From NCBI GenBank assembly GCA_017380115.1, contig JAFOEP010000038.1, positions 1 through 33,517 of the forward strand: a stretch of DNA of 33,517 nucleotides, in the 5' to 3' direction. Position 1 is the stretch's first letter. Every line of letters starts with the position of its first letter. The notes below the pieces were generated by a model that ran no database searches, was not told where the DNA came from, and saw nothing but the letters and a program-made list of their open reading frames with translations. The DNA is from Clostridia bacterium (lineage in GTDB: Bacteria > Bacillota > Clostridia > Oscillospirales > Acutalibacteraceae). Below are positions 25,894-32,649 of the stretch, piece by piece. Position numbers and translations under genes: made by a program.

Positions 25894-27567
25894 TTATTTA
25901 CCTCCAAGTTTTTCAATGCAACTATCAATTCTTTGCAATGTTTTTTCTTTTCCTAAAAGTTGTATAATGGAATATAAATCCGGTGTATTTTTTCTTGATG
26001 TTACAGCAACACGTATCACTGACGAAACATCGCCGACGTGACCTTTGAAAAGTTCCGGAGTTTTTTTGTATTCTTTTACATTTGGTGTGTAACCAATCTT
26101 TGGACAAAGTTCTTTTATTCTTTCAAACCATTCTTCTTTTGTGTCTGAATGTTCATAAATCTTTTTATATTCTTCAAGAATTTCTATTGCTGAATTTTTG
26201 TCTGTGTTTTCAGGCATTTCGTCAAAGTTTTCTTTGTAAAGTTCGTCAAAGAAATATTCTACATAACCTTTGATATCAGACCACTTTGAAATATCTTTTC
26301 TTGGATTTTTGTTTCCTCTGTCAATTGAGAAAATGCCGATTGAATATTCTCTGTCACGGCTTAAAAGATCATACAATTCTTTGTCGTATTTCTCTGCCCA
26401 TGCAACTGCTTTTTCATAAACCTGCTCAGCAGTCATCACGCTTACAACATTTTTGCTGACGTCAATCATTTTATTCATATCAAACAATGCGCCACTTGCA
26501 CTCATTTTCTTCGGATTGAACGGGAAAGAAAATCTTTCTGCTGTCGGATTCGCTCTTCTCCAATCCTCAAAGTTTGAATTTGCTATTGTCAGCAAATATT
26601 CTATTACGCTTTCCGGAGTATATCCCTGCTCAATGAAAAATTCAACTGCAGCTTCGGGGTCTTTGCGTTTTGAAAGTTTTCTTTTTCCACCCGTTTCTTC
26701 GTCTTCTTTCATAATCGGTGAAATATGTGCATATTTCAAAACTTTAAAACCACACACTTTGAAAAGCTGTATGTGAGTCGGCACTGATGATATCCATTCG
26801 TCACCTCTGACGATGTGCGTACTTCTCATAAGATGGTCGTCTACCGCATGAGCAAAATGATATGTCGGTATTCCGTCACGTTTGAGCAAAACTATGTCCT
26901 GGATATTTTCCGGCATCTCAATTTTACCCTTTATCAGATCTTCAAAAATTATTTTGCCGTCTGCTTTACCAGGTGAACGCAATCTCAAAGTATATTCTTT
27001 TCCGCTTTCAACAAGCTCTTTTTGTTCTTCAAAAGAAAGGCTTCTGCATTTTGCAAATTCGCCATAATAACCTTTTGTGTCAAGACCGTCGTTTTCCTGT
27101 TTTAAACGGAGTTGTGAAATTTCTTCTTCTGTGCAGAAGCAAGGATAAGCAAGACCTTTTTTGACAAGCTCTTTTGCAAAACATTGATAAATATCTTTTC
27201 TTTTGCTCTGAGTATACGGTCCGTAATCTCCCTTTTCTTCGTCAAGCCCCATAACGCCTTCGTCAAACTCTATTCCGAAATCGCTCAGACCTTTAACAAT
27301 TCCCGTAACGCCGTCTTCAACTTCTCTTTTCTTGTCTGTGTCTTCAATTCGAAGATAAAACAATCCGTCAGTTGAACGTGCAATAAGCATTTCCGACAAA
27401 GAAGCAAACAAGCTTCCAAGATGAACAAAGCCTGTCGGACTTGGTGCAAATCGCGTTACTCTTGCTCCTTCGGGCAAATTTCTTTGAGGATATTTTTCTT
27501 CATATTCCTCTGGTGTTTTTTCAATGTGCGAAAAAAGTAATTCCGCAAGTTTTTCGTAATCTGTCAC
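25894..27567 (-). CDS. gltX: Glutamate--tRNA ligase
   Basis: RFAPSPTGFVHLGSLF (HIGH-type motif) and KLSKRK (KMSKS-type motif). I place the start at GTG 27567 (VTDYEKLAELLF), 7 nt after AGGAGA. The in-frame ATG at 27600 has no SD and lies only about 21 nt from the -10 element. Confidence 0.9.
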   Translation of the reverse strand: MTDYEKLAELLFSHIEKTPEEYEEKYPQRNLPEGARVTRFAPSPTGFVHLGSLFASLSEMLIARSTDGLFYLRIEDTDKKREVEDGVTGIVKGLSDFGIEFDEGVMGLDEEKGDYGPYTQSKRKDIYQCFAKELVKKGLAYPCFCTEEEISQLRLKQENDGLDTKGYYGEFAKCRSLSFEEQKELVESGKEYTLRLRSPGKADGKIIFEDLIKGKIEMPENIQDIVLLKRDGIPTYHFAHAVDDHLMRSTHIVRGDEWISSVPTHIQLFKVCGFKVLKYAHISPIMKEDEETGGKRKLSKRKDPEAAVEFFIEQGYTPESVIEYLLTIANSNFEDWRRANPTAERFSFPFNPKKMSASGALFDMNKMIDVSKNVVSVMTAEQVYEKAVAWAEKYDKELYDLLSRDREYSIGIFSIDRGNKNPRKDISKWSDIKGYVEYFFDELYKENFDEMPENTDKNSAIEILEEYKKIYEHSDTKEEWFERIKELCPKIGYTPNVKEYKKTPELFKGHVGDVSSVIRVAVTSRKNTPDLYSIIQLLGKEKTLQRIDSCIEKLGGK

Positions 27568-27621
27568 GAATATCTCTCCTAATTTAAAACATTTTCCCAT
27601 AATAAAATTATATTCTTTGCT

Positions 27622-27650
27622 ATTATACTATTTTTTTACAGATTTATCAA
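27622..27650 (-). promoter_or_regulatory. Candidate sigma-A promoter of the gltX-glnS string
   Basis: Minus strand reads TTGATA, 17 nt, TATAAT. The resulting leader is only about 50 nt. Confidence 0.5.
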
Positions 27651-27744
27651 GTATATTTTTCCCACTATTGAAAAGTTTTCTGATATGTTTTAACATTTTG
27701 CCAAAATAAATTTTTTCTGATCAATTTATACTTTTTTCTCTGTC

Positions 27745-27791
27745 AAAAAAAGCAAAACAAAACGGAAAACTCCTTTATTGGCGTTTTCCGT
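27745..27791 (-). terminator. Intrinsic terminator of spo0A
   Basis: 9-bp stem ACGGAAAAC / GTTTTCCGT (27762-27770 and 27783-27791), followed on the minus strand by TTTGTTTTGCTTTTTTT. Confidence 0.65.
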
Positions 27792-27810
27792 AAGTTTTTA
27801 TATTAATTTT

Positions 27811-28578
27811 TTATGATGCTTTGAGATTGAGTCTTAATTTATCGCTTATCATTGCGATAAACTCGCTGTTAGTCGGCTTTCCTCTCTGATTCTGAATTGT
27901 ATATCCGAAATAAGATGACAAAACATCTACATCTCCTCTGTCCCACGCAACTTCAATTGCGTGACGGATTGCTCTTTCAACTCTTGATGACGTTGTGTTG
28001 AAATTTTTTGCAACCGTTGGATAAAGCAGCTTCGTCACTGAACCCATCATATTTTCATCTTCAATCGAAAGTATAATTGCGTTTCTGAGATATTGATAAC
28101 CCTTTATGTGTGCAGGTACGCCAATCTGATGCATAATGTCTGAAACAATAATTTCCAAATCAGTTTTGCGATTTTCAAGCACAGGTGTCTTTTCTTCAAC
28201 TCCCCATTGTGTCACTTGTGAAATTCTTTGTGCCAGAAGCTCCGTTTCAAATGGTTTTATAAAATAATAATCAGCCCCTGCGTTTAATATTTCTGTCTGC
28301 AATCTCTGATTGTCAACTCCTGAAATAACAAACACTGCCGGTTTCTTTCTCAATGATAATTTTTCCATTTCTTTAAGTACTCCAAGTCCGTCAAGCCTTG
28401 GCATAAATGTGTCCATAATCAAGACATCTGTGTCGTTCTTTTCTAATCTCTTTAAAACTTCCCTGCCGTCCTTTGGAACAAGAATCACCTCAAAACCATG
28501 TGTACTCAATATTCCATAATAAGCTTTTCCCTGTTGTGTTCCTTCTTCTGCAATCATTACTTTGATTCTTTTTTCCAT
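27811..28578 (-). CDS. spo0A: Sporulation master response regulator Spo0A
   Basis: A receiver domain (KVMIAEEG...[14 protein letters not shown]) plus the Spo0A-specific C-terminal DNA-binding block [21 protein letters not shown]...[19 protein letters not shown] chose the start at ATG 28578 (MEKRIK), 8 nt after GGAGG. Confidence 0.92.
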   Translation of the reverse strand: MEKRIKVMIAEEGTQQGKAYYGILSTHGFEVILVPKDGREVLKRLEKNDTDVLIMDTFMPRLDGLGVLKEMEKLSLRKKPAVFVISGVDNQRLQTEILNAGADYYFIKPFETELLAQRISQVTQWGVEEKTPVLENRKTDLEIIVSDIMHQIGVPAHIKGYQYLRNAIILSIEDENMMGSVTKLLYPTVAKNFNTTSSRVERAIRHAIEVAWDRGDVDVLSSYFGYTIQNQRGKPTNSEFIAMISDKLRLNLKAS

Positions 28579-28654
28579 TGTCATTTCCTCCGTTATTATA
28601 ATAAACAATCCATTTTTTTGACATATTGTTTCGTCAATCTGTTCTTACATATAG

Positions 28655-28683
28655 ATTTTGCCATAAATTACCATTTTTGTCAA
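28655..28683 (-). promoter_or_regulatory. Candidate spo0A promoter with 0A-box-like sites just downstream
   Basis: Minus strand reads TTGACA, a 17-nt spacer ending in TGg, then CAAAAT. TGACGAA (28630-28636) and TGTCAAA (28617-28623) lie between this promoter and the ribosome-binding site. Confidence 0.35.
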
Positions 28684-28867
28684 TAGTTCCCAATTACAAA
28701 TTTAAAAATTTTTATTTTCTTGTGGTCAATAATCGAACGATATCTATATATTGTGCTAAAAAGTGACATAAAGAAATTTAATACTACATTTAAACAAAAA
28801 CATCTGCCAATAATCCATAAAAAATGGTAAATGAAAAACGAGCAGCAAAAAACTCCAGACTCCAGAT

Positions 28868-29251
28868 GAATCATAACTACCGGCCGTGCCGGTAGTATGC
28901 ACTGCCCCCTTAGGGCATAAGACCGGCCGAGCCTATAGGCTCATCGAAAGGTTTGCCAACCGCAACACTTTCACCGGCTGCCCCTAAAGGGGCTTTTTAT
29001 TTGCCTTATTTTACCTGCTTACCCGTAAACGGGTCTACATACTCTACCATCGTCATTTGATCTGATGATATATCTTCTTGCAATTGATTCCTTATGTATT
29101 CCGCAATAGCTTTTTTATTTCTTCCTACTGTATCTACATAATATCCCCTGCACCAAAAATGTCGATTTCCATATTTATACTTCATGTTAGCATATTTTTC
29201 AAATATCATCAGACTGCTTTTTCCTTTGAGATAACCCACTATTTGGGATAA
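28868..29251 (-). mobile_element. Truncated IS200/IS605-family element: the 3' half of tnpA plus a GC-rich hairpin-rich end
   Basis: The tnpA fragment is listed separately. Downstream of it, four short GC-rich hairpins stand out from the AT-rich surroundings, at 28877-28895, 28903-28917, 28929-28942 and 28980-28993. Confidence 0.65.
29006..29251 (-). pseudogene. tnpA: IS200/IS605 Y1 transposase TnpA, C-terminal ~80 codons only
   Basis: LSQIVGYLKGKSSLMIFEKYANMKYKYGNRHFWCRGYYVDTVGRNKKAIAEYIRNQLQEDxxxDQ matches the TnpA C-terminal half, including the catalytic-Tyr region. The N-terminal half, which carries the HUH motif, is absent. Similarity stops right at the hairpin at 29255-29290. Confidence 0.75.
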
Positions 29252-29254
29252 AGT

Positions 29255-29290
29255 AAAGGTGCCGAAATCACTTCTGACTTCGACACCTTT
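29255..29290 (-). terminator. Hairpin immediately 3' of spoIVB fragment 1, probably the original spoIVB terminator
   Basis: On the minus-strand RNA, AAAGGUGUCGAA pairs with UUCGGCACCUUU (12 bp with one G-U), followed by ACUUUAU. Confidence 0.5.
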
Positions 29291-29294
29291 TTGT

Positions 29295-29480
29295 TTATGA
29301 TGCGTCTTTTTTTGCCTGCTCTTCTGCTACTTGATTTGCCGTCTCCAGCATGTTTTCAATAAAGATACCATATCCCCTTGTTGGATCGTTCACAAGCACG
29401 TGTGTGACGGCTCCAATGAGCTTTCCATTCTGGATTAGTGGAGACCCCGACACGAGTGTGTCAATATAGAACCAACACAT
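29295..29480 (-). pseudogene. spoIVB: Orphan 3' fragment of spoIVB (S55 peptidase), copy 1, about 55 C-terminal codons
   Basis: [39 protein letters not shown] matches the extreme C-terminus of SpoIVB (recalled B. subtilis sequence [37 protein letters not shown]). There is no PDZ or protease core upstream, because the previous gene ends 9 nt away. There is no SD. Confidence 0.7.
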
Positions 29481-29489
29481 TTTGGGATA

Positions 29490-31184
29490 TTAACTAATCT
29501 CAAACCCAAACAAACGGAATGTATCGCATCCGTGAGTTGAGATTGGTAAAAAGCGTATCTCCTTCACAAACCAATCTACTGTGTGCTTAACAAAGCGTTG
29601 ATGGTTATTATTCACTTTCAAAACAAACTTTTCACCATTTTCCCGAACACCCTCTATACAATACTCCTTTATAAGTGTTTCGGGCAATTTTATCACTTTT
29701 TCTTCCAAAGGATAATTGCACGGCATATTCCGATAATTACGGTTGAGATCACTATCAAATACCAGTCGAATCTCCTTTATATCTGTATCTGTTTCAAACG
29801 AATAGATAATACAATCCCCAACCGTGCCTTGCCAAAGATTTTCCTCACCGCGATCCTTGGCGTTGCGAACGATTTCATCGGTGCATTTTGCTGATTTCGT
29901 CAACTCTGAAAGTAAGCGTTCATGCCACGGAATATAGCAATCGTCATCCATAAGAGTTTTTTGTAATGAGAAAATATTGATATCACGCACATCGACATTG
30001 GTGGTGACTGCTTGGGCAATTGCGGTGCCCAATGCCTGCCCCAAAATGGCACAGGTAGCCATTACCCGTGATGAACTCAAAGCGGCGTGTGTAACACTTA
30101 TATTTCGTCCCGCAAAGGTCAGATTACGGATATTTTTAGAAATCATACAGCGAAGCGGTAATCCCCATGGTGTGGGCGCAGGATGATAAATTGTCGGATG
30201 TCCTTCTGTATAATAAAATCCTGCAGGAAAATGATCATCCATAGTCCAACCGGCATAAGCCACTATATCTTCGAATTTTCCTTCTGCCTCCACATCGTTT
30301 TGTGTGACGGTATATTCGCCCACATACCTGCGGCTCTCCCGTTTGCCCGGAAGAAACCCGATCCACTCTAATTCCCAGTTTTCAACCTGATGATCGCCTT
30401 GATTTTTCATATGATCCCATACACCGTACGCAATCTTGAGCAATTCGTCACGGCATCGGTCGGTATCGTGGATGCAATCCCATTCCCCGCCAATTTCGAT
30501 CCACCAAAAGTTGGCAAGTGCGTTGTTATGATGATCTTTATAGGGCAGATCGGCATCGGTTTTGTATGTATACGCCCATTCGGGCTTGATAAATTCCACC
30601 GGGTGATCAGTTTCTCGAATCTGGAATAAACAACTCATACCCATAGTCTTTTTATCCGCAACAACGGGTGGAATCGTTTCATTAAATTCTCCCCTGGCTT
30701 CACGACCGTATCGAAATTCCGCACCGGAAAGCGGTGCAAGAATACTATCCCCCGAACAATCCGCAAAATATGTTGCTTCAACCACATGGAATGTTTCGGC
30801 ATTTGATTGCCAAGCTTTTATACTGTGTATACGGTCACCGTCCATAACCGCATCCAGACAACTGCTATTCAGAAGCAGTGTGAGATTTGGCTCATTTATT
30901 GCCTTCTCGTACAAAACACTGTCCCAAATCGGGAATTTAAGCCCCTTGTTTTGATAAAAGTTTTCCAGTATGATTTCTTCTATGATACCGGTCTCGCGAT
31001 TGTCTTTACCATGCGAGCCGCATACCCACATTCTGATTTCGCTGGATGCGTTACCACCAAGTACCGCTCGATCATGCACTAAAACCGTTTGAATACCATG
31101 CCTAGCCGCTGCAATGGCACAACAAAGTCCGGCCAACCCGCCTCCCACCACACAAAGATCGGTTCTATGGACAATTGTTTTCAT
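29490..31184 (-). CDS. FAD-dependent oxidoreductase (glycan-locus-associated type) with a C-terminal beta-sandwich-like extension
   Basis: Dinucleotide-binding N-terminus DLCVVGGGLAGLCCAIAAARHGIQTVLVHDRAVLGGNASSE, 564 aa. The AAGGGGGA ribosome-binding site is strong. The DNA is visibly more G+C-rich than neighbouring DNA. Confidence 0.7.
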   Translation of the reverse strand: MKTIVHRTDLCVVGGGLAGLCCAIAAARHGIQTVLVHDRAVLGGNASSEIRMWVCGSHGKDNRETGIIEEIILENFYQNKGLKFPIWDSVLYEKAINEPNLTLLLNSSCLDAVMDGDRIHSIKAWQSNAETFHVVEATYFADCSGDSILAPLSGAEFRYGREARGEFNETIPPVVADKKTMGMSCLFQIRETDHPVEFIKPEWAYTYKTDADLPYKDHHNNALANFWWIEIGGEWDCIHDTDRCRDELLKIAYGVWDHMKNQGDHQVENWELEWIGFLPGKRESRRYVGEYTVTQNDVEAEGKFEDIVAYAGWTMDDHFPAGFYYTEGHPTIYHPAPTPWGLPLRCMISKNIRNLTFAGRNISVTHAALSSSRVMATCAILGQALGTAIAQAVTTNVDVRDINIFSLQKTLMDDDCYIPWHERLLSELTKSAKCTDEIVRNAKDRGEENLWQGTVGDCIIYSFETDTDIKEIRLVFDSDLNRNYRNMPCNYPLEEKVIKLPETLIKEYCIEGVRENGEKFVLKVNNNHQRFVKHTVDWFVKEIRFLPISTHGCDTFRLFGFEIS

Positions 31185-31294
31185 TGGATCCCCCTTGATA
31201 ATTAATAACTTTAATGTTAGAATAAAACAAATTTACACTAATTTCATTTATTTTTGTTCCTAATTTATATGTTTTTGTTTTATATGGTGATTGT

Positions 31295-32134
31295 ATGTAC
31301 AATTTTTCTGCTATTATTAATTACATTGAATACCTTAGACATAAATGCGGTTTGTTTGTATCCATACACCCGACATTTGAAAAAGGTTGCACTGTTGTTA
31401 ACGAAAAACTAAGGATATTTAATTTTCACGAAAATCGGTATTGTGCTTTTATAAAACACAATCCGAAAGCGAATAAACATTGTATTCAATGTCAAACAAA
31501 GGTGGCGAAGCAATGCGAAATCGGTACTTTTAACGGTGTTTGTTTTGCGGGGGTAAAAGAGCGGGTATATCCCATAACAAACGAAACAGAAGTTGTCGGA
31601 TTTATTTCAGTAAGCGGTTATAAAACGGATAACGCCGACTCATACTTAAAACGCATTTCACATATCTACGGATTTGATTATAGCGATTTAAAGAAAAAAT
31701 ACAATTTTTTAAACCCCGCCTTTCCGGAGCCAGATCTATTAGATACTCTTTTGTTGCCATTATGCCAAATGTTAGAGCTTGCTTATCTGAAAAGCGACAT
31801 ATTGCTTCAAGATGAATCGTTAATAGATAAAGTTATACAGTTTGTCAAACAAAATTACCATGAACATATTACATCGGAAGATATTTGCAAACGATTTTTT
31901 TGCAGTCGCTCGTTTATGAGTACACAGTTTAATAAAGCAACCGCAAAAAGCATACGGGAATATATCAACGAACTTCGTATAGCAGATGCAAAAAGGTTAT
32001 TAAAAGAATCTTCTTTATCCGTTACAGAAATCGCTTTTTTAATTGGCTTTGACAGTTCAAATTACTTTTCCGAAATTTTCAAAAAACAAGTAGGTATTTC
32101 TCCGCTGAAATATAGAAAAGCATCCCGAAAATAA
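31295..32134 (+). CDS. AraC-family transcriptional regulator with a PocR-like Cys-rich sensory N-terminal domain
   Basis: C-terminal AraC double HTH (FMSTQFNKATAKSIREYINELRIADAKRLL...VTEIAFLIGFDSSNYFSEIFKKQVGISPLKYR). The N-terminus YCAFIK...HCIQCQ...VCFAGVKERVYPI...VVGFISVSGY follows the PocR pattern. Confidence 0.75.
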   Translation: MYNFSAIINYIEYLRHKCGLFVSIHPTFEKGCTVVNEKLRIFNFHENRYCAFIKHNPKANKHCIQCQTKVAKQCEIGTFNGVCFAGVKERVYPITNETEVVGFISVSGYKTDNADSYLKRISHIYGFDYSDLKKKYNFLNPAFPEPDLLDTLLLPLCQMLELAYLKSDILLQDESLIDKVIQFVKQNYHEHITSEDICKRFFCSRSFMSTQFNKATAKSIREYINELRIADAKRLLKESSLSVTEIAFLIGFDSSNYFSEIFKKQVGISPLKYRKASRK

Positions 32135-32147
32135 TCGGGACGCTTTT

Positions 32148-32306
32148 GCCGAGTGTTGATAAGGAAGTTTTTGTTTCTCAAGCGAAATTGCGTGTGCAAG
32201 AAAAGGCAAAAACCACCGATTACGCTATCGCGTATCGGTGGTTTTTAACGCATTATTGTGCCGTAAGTTCACATTTTAAAGAAATACTTCCTTACCGACG
32301 CTCGGC
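32148..32306. repeat. 21-nt imperfect inverted repeats (copies 2 and 3 of the motif) enclosing a terminator
   Basis: GCCGAGTGTTGATAAGGAAGT (32148-32168) faces ACTTCCTTACCGACGCTCGGC (32286-32306). Of the three mismatches, two are G-U compatible on the plus-strand RNA. Confidence 0.6.
32208..32246. terminator. Bidirectional intrinsic terminator between the AraC gene and spoIVB fragment 2
   Basis: AAAAA-CCACCGAT(t)ACGC-tatc-GCGTATCGGTGG-TTTTT. Confidence 0.6.
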
Positions 32307-32312
32307 GTTCTC

Positions 32313-32507
32313 TTATGATGCTTCTTTTAAATTGTTATTCTCCAAAACAAATTGCGCAGTCTCTAACATATTTTCGGCAAAAATAGCGTAACCCTGCGTC
32401 GGATCATTTATAAACACATGGGTCACAGCACAAACGAGCATTCCATTTTGTATGATCGGTGTTCCGCTCACGAGTGTGTCAAGCCGGATACAACACGTTA
32501 TTTGCAC
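32313..32507 (-). pseudogene. spoIVB: Orphan 3' fragment of spoIVB (S55 peptidase), copy 2
   Basis: [39 protein letters not shown]. By my hand alignment it is about two-thirds identical to copy 1. Nothing SpoIVB-like lies upstream, only 140 nt of non-coding DNA and then the end of the nucleoside hydrolase gene. Confidence 0.7.
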
Positions 32508-32526
32508 CGAAAAATTTCAAATCACC

Positions 32527-32569
32527 CATAAAACGTAAAGAAACCGCACCGATTAGGTACGATTTCTTT
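32527..32569 (-). terminator. Intrinsic terminator of the nucleoside hydrolase gene
   Basis: 14-bp stem (32537-32550 / 32556-32569). Its two non-Watson-Crick pairs are G-U only on the minus-strand RNA. It is followed by ACGUUUUAU. Confidence 0.5.
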
Positions 32570-32649
32570 GTATTATAGGAAATATAAATTTGTTTATACG
32601 TGTTATATTAGGGGCGGCAACACAAGACATAGAAAAGTTGCTTTACTTT

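Noticed and set aside
27568-27810. T-box or other riboswitch upstream of gltX
   Set aside because: This interval is filled by the spo0A terminator and a promoter. The remaining leader is about 50 nt, with no specifier or T-box elements.
28680-28874. 64-aa minus-strand ORF in the spo0A upstream region
   Set aside because: It is Phe/Ile/Cys-rich, AT-driven sequence that overlaps the putative spo0A promoter and starts inside the IS end. It has no SD and no recognisable motif.
32146-32391. 81-aa plus-strand ORF between the AraC gene and spoIVB fragment 2
   Set aside because: It spans the inverted repeat and a strong bidirectional terminator, then runs antisense to the spoIVB fragment. It has no SD and a low-complexity composition. 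Most likely it is a chance ORF.
29295-32507. Cassette between the spoIVB fragments as a skin-like developmentally excised intervening element
   Set aside because: No recombinase or integrase gene is present. Both fragments are 3' ends, so no 5' half exists to be rejoined. Excision could therefore not rebuild a functional spoIVB.
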